Below, piece after piece: positions 12,455 through 26,445 of a stretch of 64,000 bases of DNA. How positions within the stretch are numbered: the first letter of the stretch is position 1; the number at the start of each line of letters is the position of its first letter. The stretch is from Octopus sinensis. Lineage: Eukaryota. The DNA lies in NCBI RefSeq assembly GCF_006345805.1, contig NC_042998.1, positions 190,526,001 to 190,590,000 of the forward strand, in the 5' to 3' direction. Made by a program: the position numbers and the translations under genes. The notes under the pieces were generated by a model. The model had not been told where the DNA came from. It made no database searches and worked only from the letters and a program-made list of their open reading frames with translations.

Positions 12455-13565
12455 CAAGTTTGGTACCGGACGGCAGAGTTGCTTGAGAGCAAGGCGGCAC
12501 TCGCGGTGTCATTCGCCTAGCCTCGGTCTCTGTTTGGTCCATGACTGCAGTTCGGCCAAAGAGACGAGCTGCGAAAAAGCGCGCCGCACAAACGGTGACC
12601 ACACCTATTCACCGTCGTCTATGAAGTGCCGGAGATGTCACAGTCTCAGCGCATGTCTGCGCATCATCAACCACGGCATACCCAGACCTCCATTTAGCAA
12701 AAAAAAAAAAAAAAACCCAGAAGAGTATGCGTTTTAGCTTGGTGATGGTAGGGTCGTGACAAGGCACGACGGCCAGACGGTAATCGATGACGGATGCGAT
12801 GTACGCATTCGCCACCTCTACTCGACCTTTTAGGGATAGCTTCCTCTTGGCCCATTGTTGGGTGAGAGTGGCTACCTTATTCGTTATCTTGTTCCAGTTC
12901 TTCTCCATTTGGAGGTCCGGTCCGAACCATACCCCGAGCAACTCGATCGGTCCGTCGGTCCAGCGTCCTACGATGGAGATGCTGTTGGACGGCGTGGGCT
13001 TGCTTCTCCAGGTATCGAATCGCAAGCCTACTGACTTTTACCAGTTAATTATCGCTCCCGTTACCGCTTCGTATTCTTTTAGTGTCTTGCCGACCAGGTC
13101 GATATACCTGTGGCTCAACATTATGATGGTGACGTCGTCCGCGTATGCAGACACGCTCCTCTCACATCCCAGTTCTCGCGGGATGCCCCTCAGCGTCGCC
13201 AGCTTCCGCAGTAGTGGCTCTAGAGTCAATACGTATAGAAGCGACGAGAGGGGGCATCTTTGACAGACCGTACGCGTGATGTTAAAAGGTCTGGAGAGAT
13301 GACCATTTAAGCGAACTATCGAGCGGATGCCGCTGTATAAGGCAGCGATCAACCGCGGAAGTTGGGACCGAAACCAGCCGCTGTAAGGACAGCCTTCAAG
13401 TAGCGATGGTTGACCCTATCGAAAGCTTTCGATTGATCCAAATTGATCAGCGCCCCGCCCATGCCAGGTTCCTTAACTACCCTGTCTATGATGTAGCGCA
13501 TCAGATGGAGGTTGTCATGGATACTCCTGCCCGGCACGGTGCATGTTTGCACCTTATCGACTAGT
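12455..13565 (-). mobile_element. L1-group (Tx1-like) LINE, reverse transcriptase fragment
   Basis: Frameshifted ORFs: GRSIHDNLHLMRYII, INLDQSKAFDRV, PLSSLLYVLTLEPLL, AYADDVT, KRKLSLKGRVEVAN. Confidence 0.9.
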
Positions 13566-13714
13566 TACAAAAGATTTGCCTCCTTGGCACGGCCAGAATA
13601 ATCAGAAAAGTATTAGCTGAAAAGAGCGAATAGCATGGTACCGTAAGCTGCAGGTAGTAAGGCCGCTACGCATGCATGACTCCAGGAGCTCCAACAAAAC
13701 CTGTGACGAAGATA

Positions 13715-13770
<56 letters not shown>

Positions 13771-16700
13771 ATAATAATAATAGTAATAAGGAATTTTCGC
13801 TTCTCATCAATATCGGAAGGCTTATTGACTCACTCTGTCCAACCTCAAAATAGTACTAGGTATTTAAATATTCATGTATCGTTTTTTTCTCTCTTTCGCT
13901 TAGTCCTAAGATTGTGCTAATGGAATCGTAAGTAGGAATGAAAAGGCTTGGTAAAAACCATTTGTTTACTTTTTTTTTACATGAAGAATAACATTGTAAA
14001 TAATTAATTTGTTTTCTTTTTCTCAGCAAATTTCAGTTTAAATTTCTTATATCTGCAACGTTGAAAGCATACCTGCGTTCGGCGATGCGCCCACCCGACC
14101 CCACCCTGTTACCTGTACTGGAAATCTTGAAAAAAAAAAAGAGTGGTAAAGATTGTGACAGAATAGTGATAGAGGTAGTGAGAGTGAAATTGTTAGTAAT
14201 AGTGATAGTAAAAGTGGTAGCATTAGTAAAATGATAATAAAGACAACTATAATGGTTGTGGCGAGGATGGTAATAATAATTATTATAACTAGAGTAATAA
14301 TAATTATATTCATAAAGAATATTAATGCAAATGTTTTAGACCAAGCAGTGATGGTGAGAATAGCCACGGGTTGGGGCACAGCTGTATATTTTGTACTTGT
14401 TTTATTGCGTTGTTGTGGAGAGAACGTCTTCCAGCTCCTGGTGTTGGTGAATACAAGCTGTAAATTAAGTTTAAAATAAGCATACTAGTGGTTGCGTGTT
14501 TGGTGAGGAGCGTGGTAGTTGGACAACTTGCAGGAAGGAAAACAAAGCTCATCAAAGGACGGTTGAGCTTATGGGAATCAACGGCTATCCAACAGTGTAT
14601 ATGAGGGTAGGTGTGGACTTTTTGAGCCTTGGTTAGTAACCCACCTAATGATGGTAGTCACGATAAAAATATTGGTAATTGTACAACTTTATACCTAAAA
14701 ATGAGTGATGTTAAATTCAAGTAATAATCTGAGTTAACGGGACCGTAACTGTTAACAGAGAAGTTGTCGCGCACAGCAGGCAAGGATTGTCTGATGAAGT
14801 TTCGGCAGGTCGTCATTACATCATTGATCAGGACTAGAGTGCAGTCATAAGTGCAGACGGAGGAAAATGAAATGGGAGAAAGAGGCAAATAAGATTGTGA
14901 TTGAATGTTGGCTGAGATGGGATCCAAGTAAAAGGGGTTTCATGAAACAAATGAAGAAAACAGGGATGAAACGGGAGTTCGACGCTTCCGCCGAACGATG
15001 GATAGACCAAGCAAAGGGATTCATACCCACAGTTATGGTCTCAGTTTGAACGCTTTTGATATCGGTATCCTTAATCGGGCTGACCTAGGGCTAAACATAA
15101 ACACGAGTAACAGCAACAACGACAACAGCAAATTACGCACGCACTCAAAATATGGATATTATTTATTTTGAAGTCTTGGATTTGAATGCACCGAAAAGTG
15201 AGGGTTTATGACATTAACCTATTTTCCCAGAGCATGAAAAATCTAAGCCAAAAGGAAATGGCGTAGATTAGGGATCGTAACTTGAACACGTGTTACGGGT
15301 TGTAGGGAACTTACTCTTAATCCAGTGAAGTAGAGCTGAGTTTCAATGTTCGATTACGTCAATTTCCCTTCACTTATAATACCCAATGCAATTGGACAAT
15401 GGAATGAGCATCACGCAATCACATTTCCTTTCTATAAACTTAAGGTTTTTGTGCGTATAAAAGAGATCTTTGTCAATACTAGCAACGTGCCGAGACCTGA
15501 TGCTTTACAGAGATCACCATATACTCTTCTAGTTAATTAGTTCAACTCTTGCTATTAATATCTTCTAGATCAAATAAGTATAAGCGATAATATCATAATG
15601 GGGCAGGGGGGGGAGGGAAAGGGTTGATTCAATTGAGTAAGTTTCTGCCCTGCTTAATGTGGCCTTGTGCCTTGCTAAAGAGAAATCAATATAATTATTA
15701 TTACAAGTAGTTTTCAAGATGAAGGACAAAAAAAGTTGGGAATAAGCAATATACGATACATTTGAATTTTATCCACCACGGTATCTCGTCTCTGACGCTA
15801 TTCACTGCGAATTATATTTGCAGCAGGTTTTAAAAAGAAAAAAAAAAAAAAGAAAGATAAAGTCTCGTTGCTTTATGTATTCGTGCTTTATGTATCGATC
15901 ATTAACGAGATAGTTTCTCTTCGGGAATCAATTGAAGTGCTTCTTTGTTCGACTCTTACCTTTTATGCTGGTTGAAAGCCAGCAGTCTCTACTTTTACAC
16001 AATCTCATCTTTGTAGATAGCAATGCTATTGTTCATTTATTTATTTTTTTTATTTTCTTCTTCTTCTTCTTGTTGCTGAACTTTCTATTTCATAAAATCA
16101 GATTGAATTGATGAGCAAAAGAGGAATATTAATCAATTTCAATAAACCTTGTCAACCTTTGAACGGAAATGCTCTTCACGATATTATGACAGTTAATACA
16201 GATCTGTAATACTGACAGACGAAAGAAACCAGTTTGACATACATTCAATGTTTATTCAAATTTGTTTACAAGTATCATAATAATATTTCTGCTAGACATT
16301 AAACAACACGCACACAAACACACACACGCACTCACACACACACACACACACACGTACACACACACACACACACGTACACACACACACACACACAAACACA
16401 CAAACACACACACACAAACACACACACACAAATACATACGCACGCAAACACACATGCACATACACATCTATGTGCATATATATCCATATATACAGATATG
16501 AATTCATAAATCCCCACACATACATATATACATTTACGTGTATATACATATCCATATACGTATATATATATGTATATTCATACAGACTGACACACGTACA
16601 AACATGTATATATATATGCATAGATATGTAGTATATAATACATACATACATGCATGACTACATACATACATACATACATAAATACACACACACACACATA

Positions 16701-17633
16701 TATGTACATATATATAGTTATATACACACATATATGTACGTGTATACATACATACATGCGCGCGCACACACACAAGAGACACACACATAATACACACACA
16801 TATATGATGCATGCATATACATACACATGCCCACATATATGTTGCTGTGATTGAGTAACCTCTTTGCCCCGTATATTTTATTTGTTAATAGTGTTTCTTC
16901 CACAATATAACTATGCATTTTATGAAATGGTGTGTACAGTTCAAACAGTAAAAAAAAGTAATTCAGCTGTATGTGGAGAACATTTGGGCTCCTATGAGAA
17001 GCATTTGATTGAAAAGCACGAAACATCTGAAATTATTTCGAAAAATCACTACGATAATCAATAATATAAATTACATAAATGAATTTTGTTTTAGTTTATT
17101 TGGAATCTAATTTGGTCAAACGCTAACTCATCAATAATAAATTGTGAATCAGATATAGAGAATATGGCGAATGTGCAGATGATCTCAAGAGAAAGCAAAG
17201 AGCTTTTGGAATTATAGTATCAAACTATATCGTTTCGTTTCCACGTATGCTTCCTAAAGACTATTCAGTTAATTGGTTCATTGGCAGCAACCCAATCAGT
17301 ATTACGTTCTAACCACTAACTCACAGACTTTCACTGCTTCCTATTTCTTCTTTCGGCTGCTATGATACTTTCTGTTTCTCTAAACAGCCGGCTGCCTATC
17401 ACCTCATTCTAAGTCCACTCGTTGCATAGACCTCTCAACCAATTGTCAACCTCCGCTACTGAACTAAGAACATCCCTCGCTATTCCTTTATATAACACAA
17501 TTATTTCCCTTGACACTTAAGCAAGAACTTATACAGTATAAACCAGTGTTTCTCAACGATTTTACTCATGCGCAACCCTTAAAATAAATTACATGTCTCT
17601 GGGAACCCTTGCACAAAGAAAAAATTATATAGC

Positions 17634-18019
17634 AGGAGTGGCGGTGTGGTAAGTAGAGTGTTTACCAACCACATGGTTCCGGGTTCAGTCCCACTGCGTG
17701 GCACCTTAGGCAAATGTCTTCTACTATAGCCTTGGGCCGACCAAAGCCTTGTGAGTGGATTTGGTAGACGGAAACTGAAAGAAGCCCGTCGTATATATAT
17801 ATATATATATATATATATGCGTGTGTGTTTGTGTGTCTGTGTTTGTCCCCCTAGCATTGCTTGACAACCGATGTTGGTGTGTTTATGTCCCCGTTAGAAT
17901 AAGCACTGGGCTTACAAAAGAATAAGTCCCGGGGTCGAGTTGCTCGATTAAAGGCGGTGCTCCAGCATGGCCGCAGTCAAATGACTGAAACAAGTTAAAG
18001 AGTAAAAGAGTAAAGAGTA
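17634..18019 (+). mobile_element. tRNA-derived CORE-like SINE with GAGTAAAA tail (family 3, octopus OR-type)
   Basis: Head TGGCGGTGTGGTAAG...GGTTCAGTCCC, CORE-like CACCTTAGGCAAATGTCTT, internal microsatellite. Near-identical copies listed below. Confidence 0.85.
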
Positions 18020-18039
18020 CCGTATCTTTCTCACATTCT

Positions 18040-18210
18040 TTTCATCGTAGTTCACGTGATGGGACTTGACTGATGAAAGAAAGTCAAGAATGACCCGTCT
18101 TATTTTGGCCTGCCCTTCTTATTGTTTCTCTTGTCCTCCTTTGTATCGTCTATCTATCTGAACGTTTTAATGCCCTCTATTGCGTTTTTGTTCCATTTTT
18201 ATACATACAT

Positions 18211-18250
<40 letters not shown>

Positions 18251-19020
18251 ACATACATACATACATACATACATACATACATACATACATACATACATAC
18301 ATACACACACACACGCACACGCACACGCACACATAAATACACACACATACACACACACACACGCATAGTGGCATACGTACACCCTTGTGCTCGCCTTATA
18401 GAAGGTATGTATCTAAATTTTGTACGACTCTTACTTTATCATTTATTCCCCCTCTCATTTTCCTTCCTTTTTCTCGATCCCACTCTCTCACATTTCTTGG
18501 CACTCTCTGTCTTTAACTCCTACTATTTCCCACTTGTTTATCTCCCCTGTACTTTTCTCTTTGTCTCTGATTTTTTTTTTATAATCCTTCAAACCCGCTT
18601 CTCTCCTCCATCCACGTAACCGGTGTATGACCAGCCATGATCTTTCTTTCTTGGCCTGACTGCCGACCGTCAACACCTCTTGTGTCCATCTCCCATGTTC
18701 TTGCCTTTAGGCTTTCACTTCATATACGCCAGCTCAATTTGATTCGTTCTCAGTCGAAAAACGCCTGTTGTTATTTCTTGTTGTTTGTATTCCTAATTGT
18801 GTACCATGTTCTCCCTTATTTTTCTTTTTGTCTTTGTTGCCGTAAACATTCGCTAGCTTTCTTACAAGGGTGTCTAATGCTCTTAGCTTAGACTTTTTCG
18901 GAGCAACCTGATCGAACCATCTCAAGTGTAACTGCCCGAAATGGTCGTGACTTCTGGGACTTGACTGGTGAAAGAAAACCAAGAATGACCTGTCTTTTTT
19001 TTTGTCTGTCCTTCTAATCC
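18040..19020 (+). mobile_element. Unclassified ~1-kb dispersed repeat, homologous to 57240-58415
   Basis: Shared blocks CTCTTAGCTTAGACT, TTGTAAGAAAGC(T/A)AGCGAATGT, TCGTACAAAATTTAGATACATAC and CCTTTGTATCGTCTATCT. Confidence 0.6.
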
Positions 19021-21289
19021 ACTTTTACGTTCTGGATTCAAATTTTTCCGAGATCGAGTTTCCCTTTCCCTCTTTCGAGGTCGATAAAACAAGTATCAGC
19101 TGAGCACCAACTGATACTTGTTTGAACTCAACGTGAATACGGACGAAATACCATTAAGCATTTTGCTCGATGTGCTAACGACACTGCCAGCTCGCTGCCT
19201 TACTACTATTACTACTATCACTAATAATGATTCAAATTTTGCCACAAGGGCAGCAACTTAGGGGATGGGGGATGAGTCTATTTCTTCGACCTCAATGTTC
19301 AACTGGTACTTAATTTATCGACCCTGCAAGGATGAAAGGCAAAGTCGACCTCGGCGGAATTTGAACTCAGAACGTAGCGAGGGACGCAATGCCGCTAGGC
19401 GTTTTGCCTGGTGTGAAACAAGTATCAGTTGGTGTAATCAGCTCATTCCCTCCCCCGAACTTGCTGGCATTGTGCTAAAATTTGAAGCCATTGTAGTCGA
19501 CTAACACCCTCCAGCTAAATTCCAGAGCTTGTGTCTATAGCAAAAAGGATTTTTTTTTACAATTATTCACCTTTGAGTTGTCTTTTGTTGTTCCTTGTAG
19601 TCCTGAAAATTTTGATAAATTTTACTTTTCGAAGTGGATTGAAAGCTTTTCTTATATTTGGATTAATTAAAAAAAATACAAATTCTCAATGATTTTGGAG
19701 TATATTTCTTACTACAATTAGCAAAAAACGATAGGTTTTTTTTGACATACTGTGTTTCTCTTTGGAGTTGTAAAATTTACTATAAAACAAAAAGATACAC
19801 GTCATAACACACGAATCGCAAAGACAAAAATAAAAATAAAAACAATTTAACAAGTAAACAAATAAAAAATAAAAGAATAAAAAAAATCAAAGAAAAGTAG
19901 ACATTTGTAACGAAATAAATGAAAAAACTTGATTCTTTGTCTCGACAAGACAAACGAAAAATATTGACATAATGACATAACCTTATTAGTGAAAACAAAT
20001 CAGCAAACAAGTACAACCAGTGTCGCTTGCAACACAGAAAAATTGAATCTGAGTGAGATATCGCAGAAGAGCTGAGGAAGTCAGAGTTGTATGGCCAAGG
20101 AGGGAACTGTTCTCTCTGACCACGTTATTAGGGAGATATTATTTTGGACACTGTATCTAATGGTCCTATTGTAATAGGAATAATTATCCACGTTCTATAA
20201 GTTCCAAAGCCTTTATAATTCTCACTTTAGTTTCTGGTACTTATCTAATGATTCGATTTCTTTTTACTTAACCCTGGTATCGAATGAGCAAGTTACATCT
20301 GTTTTCACACGTGATATAGTATCTTTGCATAGCACAACGATATCTGGTTTTGAATGTCTCAGTTTTTTTTTTACCTGTCTCAACATTTTTAGCCGATCAG
20401 TTTCAATTATTTTTGTTGGTCTGTCTGGGTCTACTATATTGTGCGTTTTTCACAATTGCCAGTATATAACTGATACAATTTTATTGTGTCTCAAGACTTT
20501 GATTTGTACCTATGCCAGGTTCTTACTCTTTGATACTAAGAGTCATCACATAGTCATCATAATGGCGTTATATCTTCCTTATCTTTTTGTCATCAATCTT
20601 TTCTTGGACTGCGACTTTCTTCAACTCTCTTTTCCTTAACCACCCCAAAGTTCGAGTACTTCTGAATGTAGTATTCCCGAAGAGAATTCCGTGCATTTTT
20701 CTCGTATAGTTTTCCTTTTCTGTTTCCTATGAGATCTTTATCTTTCCCGGCGTTTATCGATCCTACCTATTTTTCACATCTCTCACCTTTTCCTTTATTA
20801 TCTGACATACACACGTACAAAAAAATGTCCCTCTTTTGCAACACAATTTTCAACGCCAATCCTTGAGTTTTTTTTCAATACATTGTAACAATAGCATCGT
20901 TTTTGTGGAATCTATTAAACATCATCAGAATCTCTAGTTTTCTAACTACTGTCCTGCAGTTCTTGGGCATCTCAGTTTATGTACCTGCAATATATCGGCT
21001 GATCGAGATAACACGTGAGTTGAGAGCTATAATCATATTTTTGCAGTTGAAATGGGATTTTAATATTTTCATGACCGTTTTTATGATTTTCGGATTGTTC
21101 TACTGAGGTCACTACCAGTTTGAGATAAACACTATAGACACGGCAGATGACCGAGGTCTTGTGCTTTTGGTGGTCATTGTGCGATGTATTCTTTTTATTC
21201 CATCTCTCCTATTCCTTCATCTTTTTTTATGTGTACCCACACAAATTCTAAACTGTCTTTGTATTGTCCACCTTATCAGAGGTGACAAA

Positions 21290-21925
21290 CAAAATAGATT
21301 ATTATTGGACTGGTCCAAGGTACTTGACAGGATGGACCATTGCTTTTCGGTGGCTGTCAGTTTTGGTCCCGTCTTTAGAGGGTTGGTCACCACAATGTAT
21401 AGTGGTGTCTGCTCGGTAGTCAAATTAAATGGCTACCTCTCGGAACCTTTCAGTATCGAACGCTCGATCAACCAAGGATTCCCTCTCTCCCCGCTTTTAT
21501 ATAATTTGGCATCAGAACCTTTGCTGTGAGGGCTGTAGAGTTTGAGGGGCACAGGAGAGCCGCGTCTGCATACGTGGACGACGTCACGGTCATGGTGTCA
21601 GACTCTTCGGATATAGAAACGGTTGACACTATACTGGAAGAATATCAGGTATGTACAGGAACACATAAGCTAGGATAAATCAGTGAATTTTCTACTAGCC
21701 TCTTGGAGAGGCAAGTCCATGTTGACTAGCGGTGATTTTTGTCACTGGACGAAGGGTCCGGTGAAAGTGCTCTGAGTCTGGTTCGGACCATATCTCCAGG
21801 TGGATAGGAACTGGGATGAGGTCATGGTCAGGGTGGACAAGCTTACTCAGAAATGGGCAGAAAGGAAGTTGCCTCTCAAAGGTCGGGCATAATTAGCGAA
21901 TGCATACATCTCGATGGAGTACTAA
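21290..21925 (+). mobile_element. Highly decayed Tx1/L1-like RT fragment
   Basis: Reads LLDWSKVLDRMDH, KLNGYLSEPFSIERSINQGFPLSPLLY; homologous to 12455-13565. Confidence 0.75.
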
Positions 21926-22448
21926 CGCCATGGGAACCACGACTTAGTGCTGCATTATGGTGAGGTCGACTTTGACTTCATCCTTTCAGGATCGATAAAA
22001 TAAGTTCTGAGAATTATGAATTAACATGTTTTACTGAACGAAAACTTTCCTTTTAGGATTGGCTTATTTTAGAAAACGGGAACGTCGGTATATCTGCTTC
22101 AATACCTGATTTAAGCAGGACTCCATCAGACACTATTTGATATTTTGCCAAAATTGGTGGTGTTTCTAGATAGTTTTTGATATTCTTCTGCTAGAGGAGC
22201 AGTAAGAGAAAGTAACAAGAGAGAGTAGCATGAACACACCTCTTTAAAATAGAGCAATATATCATTCTCTGAAAACAAGAAAACGAGCTTAAAATATAAG
22301 CAGAAAAATATAAGATGAGTAAAATTTTGACCAAGAAACAAACATATTCGCAAAGTTTGATGTCCGAATACGCAAATTTGAGCAACAAAAATAAAAATAG
22401 AAAAACAACGATGATGACGTCAACGCGAACGCACATACATTCACTTGT

Positions 22449-22665
22449 TACTCTCTTTTACTCTCTTTTACTTGTTTCAGTCATTTGACTGCGGCCATGC
22501 TGGAGCACCGCCTTTAATCGAGCAACTCGACCACGGGACTTAATTTTTGTAAGCCCAGTACTTATTCTATTGGTCTCTTTTTGCCAAACCGCTAAGTGAC
22601 GGGGACATAAACACACCAGCATCGGTTGTCAAGCAATGCTAGGGGGGGCAAACACAGACACACAA
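22449..22665 (-). mobile_element. Family 3 SINE, 3' half
   Basis: Reverse complement of the family 3 tail (ACTCTTTTACTTGTTTCAGTCATTTGACTGCGGCC...). Confidence 0.85.
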
Positions 22666-23127
22666 ACGCAGACACATACATACATATACATATATACATA
22701 TATACATATACACACATATACATATATACACATATATAAATATATATACGACGTTAATCGAAGAGAATAGAGAAAAAGACAGGAGAATTACTGAAAATTT
22801 ACCGACTGGCCGAGAATACATGTAAACAAAGAAAACGGCCGCACTTTTCATGGACAAACTCCAAAATGCTCAAAAGTGCCTTTAGGTACACAAATTTCAA
22901 AATAAGCAGTAAAGGACTGGAATCGTAAAGGGATGCAAAAACTGTGAGGACCTCATTCCTCCTCTGGCACCACACACTGCATTGAAATTTACAGTTCTTT
23001 TAGCGCAACAAATTCGGTGTAGATTGTCGAGGTGGCGGGCTATGAATACATAGAGCGTGCAAAAGACAGGATGTTAAAATCCGAAGAAGATGTTAAAATC
23101 TGAGAAGAACATAAAATAGACTTATAG

Positions 23128-23207
<80 letters not shown>

Positions 23208-23359
23208 GGACAGACTTGAAGCAGGTAGTGACTGTCCAGTGACACACGATGTCCTCACCCGCTGTCGAAAGCAATTTCAGGCGCCGAGTTTCACATTAAT
23301 TGAGCACAAGCTTCTAATTAGTAGGTTGGTGATGTCTGTGTTGAGTCATCGCAGTAAGA

Positions 23360-23700
23360 CGATACTGGAGTGTCGTCTCCTAGGTCAAATCTGATCACAA
23401 TTAGTAAAAAATCCAGCAGTTCCCATGCGACTCTCCTTTTTCTACGCCTTTGAAGTTGCTCAAGGGAAGAGAAAGGGCCAATAAGGTTTGGCAACGGTTT
23501 GTCACAAAAGTTGTCAGAATAAAAATTGAAACAGCGACGGACTGACTTAGAGACTATAGATTAGAATTTGTTCTCTGGGTTTACTCTTGAAGCCTTTCCC
23601 ACAGATGGACATAGTTACGATGAAACGAGGATTTCATATAAGAATTTACTCTCTTTTACATGAACTATTTTCCCAGGCTGACGAGTTACATGCACCAGAA
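23360..23700 (-). mobile_element. Decayed RTE-clade 5' region (recalled similarity only)
   Basis: CCAGCAGTT.CCCATGC, CAAGGGAAG..AAGGGCC, GGGTTTTACTC..GAAGCCTTTCCCA and TTCCCAGGCTGACGAG resemble the antisense of RTE-1-type 5' ends from memory. Not database-checked. Confidence 0.45.
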
Positions 23701-23977
23701 ACACTGATTTTAAGGAGCTGTAAACTGCCTTCGCTTCATCTCGTGTTAGAATAAACAGTTTCGCTCGAGCTTTGCGATTAGGAGGAGGAATCGGTTATCA
23801 GAGGGTATTTGAGATGCATTCCGTAAGAAGCACTTCTTGGTAGCAAAAGTTTGTTTCCGACAGGCTTCCTTGGCTTCAGCAAATGCGTGTACGTGAATGT
23901 ATGCATATACAAATATATATTGCTACGCACATACATTCAAAATACATACATACATACATACATACATACATACATAC

Positions 23978-24305
23978 ATGATGATGGCCGTCCACTCGTG
24001 ACCGAGGAAGACCATTGCCGACCTTCAGGAACATTGTGCGCTCTAGGACTAACTTATATTTTGCATTTGCGGTTCCGTTGGTGGCTAATGAGCCCTGCTC
24101 TTGACAAGCATACACGACTGCAAACATTGCAGACCAAGCTTTCTCCATTCACTATACGAGCCGTGCGCTTTCGCGCGCTTCTTGCAGGGCATTTGGACTC
24201 AGCATTAGCCTGGACAAGACTGTTGTAATGTTCCAGCCTGCACCAGGAAATCCATATATAGAACCAGCTATCTTGGTTGAAGGAACAATTCTGAGGGTAG
24301 TAGAC
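23978..24305 (-). mobile_element. RTE-clade LINE 3' end with inverted upstream RT fragment
   Basis: Minus 24188-23978: C2H2 finger LVCNVCSRVCLSRAGLISHQR* and CATCATCATG tail. Plus 24189-24305: AFGLSISLDKTVVMFQPAPGNPYIEPAILVEGTILRVVD. Confidence 0.8.
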
Positions 24306-24981
24306 ATACATACATACATACATACATACATACATACATACATACAGAAGGAAAGCAAAGAGCTATTACCAGAAAATATCGCAAAAAATTATATTCTGCA
24401 TTGTAAATAGCACACCAAACCAAGGGAGGTAAGAATAACATATTCATTTTAAGACTGAAAAAAAAAAAGAAGCAAACTAAATCAATAAATGAATAAAAAA
24501 AGACTCATATGATTAGCTTTAAATTTAAGAAAAGTAGGAAAAAGGAGAAAAAAGTATCAAATATCCTCCTGCACACACCTAAAAATCTAGTTCTATAAAA
24601 ACGTGGGGAAAAGTAAGAAATAAAATTCATTTCAATGCGGACCTGAGTAAATAACAAAATTCATCCACATATTGACTACTAAAGTAGCTGAAAGAGAAAT
24701 AAAAGGCAGAAAGTGCAGGTATATAGTTACAATAACTAAGTGCAGGGGTGTATAATTACAAAGAGTTCGTTGGTGGGATTAGTACAACCATTTCATACAG
24801 GCGTATAAGGAATGTAATAATAATAATAATAATGATGATAATAATAATAATAATAATAATGATGATGATGATGATGATGATGATGATAATAATAATAATA
24901 ATAGTGATATTGATGATGATGATGATAATAATAATAATAATAATAATTAATAATAATAATAATGATAATAATAATAATAAT

Positions 24982-25545
24982 AGGCCAGACATCATATTGA
25001 AAGACTCAAACAAAGAACATGCCTCCTCATTGATATGACTGTCCAATCGAATAAACGTATCTGTCAGGACTACCAAAAACTGAGCAAATATAAAGATCTT
25101 GAAATAGAAATCAGCAAAATGTGGAAGCTGAAGACTAAAACAATACCTGTTGTCATAGGTGCCCTGGGAATGATAGCAAAAGGGGCTGATAGCTACCTAA
25201 CTCAGATACCAGGAAACCCCAAAATGGCAGAAGTTCAAAAGATAGTGCTCATGGGAACTGCTCATATCCTACGCAAAACTCTTCTATGTAACCTCAAGGT
25301 TAAAACAACCATAATTTTCGGTTTAAAGAGGAAGGGAAAAAAAAAAAAAAAAAAAAAGAAAAAGGAAAAAAAAACCCCTTTTTTTTTTTAAACATTCATT
25401 AGTAAACATCCCACCCCCCAAATATATGGCACACTAGGCATAACAACAACATGAACTTCCAACCCTGTTGTCTCTGAGGTCTCTGGGTGAGACTTGGAGC
25501 AAACTTGTACAAATATAAAGCAAAGTCAAACATAGAATAATAATA
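24982..25545 (+). mobile_element. 5'-truncated R4/Dong-like LINE (restriction-like endonuclease end)
   Basis: RPDII...D..., KLSKYKDLEIEISKMW, IPVVIGALG, KIVLMGTAHILRK. (TAA)n on both sides. Confidence 0.85.
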
Positions 25546-25932
25546 AATAATAATAATAATAATAATAATAATGAATAATAATAATACAACAACAACAACA
25601 ATAATAATGATAATAATAATTTCTTTCGCGGGAATAGTTATTGTTAAATAATAATTATGAAATCCTAATTTTTAAATAAGCTAAAAAATACGCTAGATCA
25701 AGCCAGGTACTAAATTATATTAGAACAATTTCTAATAAAGTTTCAATTAAAAATAATTACATAAGCTACTTCGACATGTCACTTCTGAAGGAGCTGGTGT
25801 TTATTTATTTATTTAATTTTTCGCATATATGTAACTTTCATGCGAATTTATGTTTGATACTATTAATGTAAATATTTAACCTTCACGATATGTGCTGAGT
25901 ATCATCTTCTTTGGTTTGTACACGCACGCACG

Positions 25933-25988
<56 letters not shown>

Positions 25989-26400
25989 GACACAGACACA
26001 CAGACACACACACTCACACACACACACACACACAACGCACACACACAGAAATATTTCTTTTGACAAGACAAAAGATAAAAGAGAGAGACAGAAAGGATAC
26101 ATGCAATCTCTATGACAGCCCTGAAGGAAAAGTAAGATGATCACTTGAGTAAAGGAAAGATGGACGATGGTCACGTGTGAGCAACGAGAGAGAGAGAGAG
26201 AGAGAAAGTAAAGGAGAAAGAGAGAGAGAGAGAGAGAGAGACAAATAGAAAACGGTGAAGGGGAGAAAAAAGGAATTACAGGAAGGATGAGAGACAAAAC
26301 GACAGGGGGGAATGGACAGTATCGGGTAGAGTCGCATCAAAAATATTAAGATAAACTTAATTGGAAATGGATGCGTGGCGCCCAATCAAGTAATAATATA

Positions 26401-26445
<45 letters not shown>

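Noticed and set aside
14073-14112. VTGWG as a trypsin-family serine protease motif
   Set aside because: No catalytic His, Asp or GDSGG exons found nearby; five residues are not enough.
18062-18090. CTGATGA-AA-GAAA-GTC as a hammerhead
   Set aside because: No stem II or III, and the homologous copies at ~18960 and ~57340 do not keep the core.
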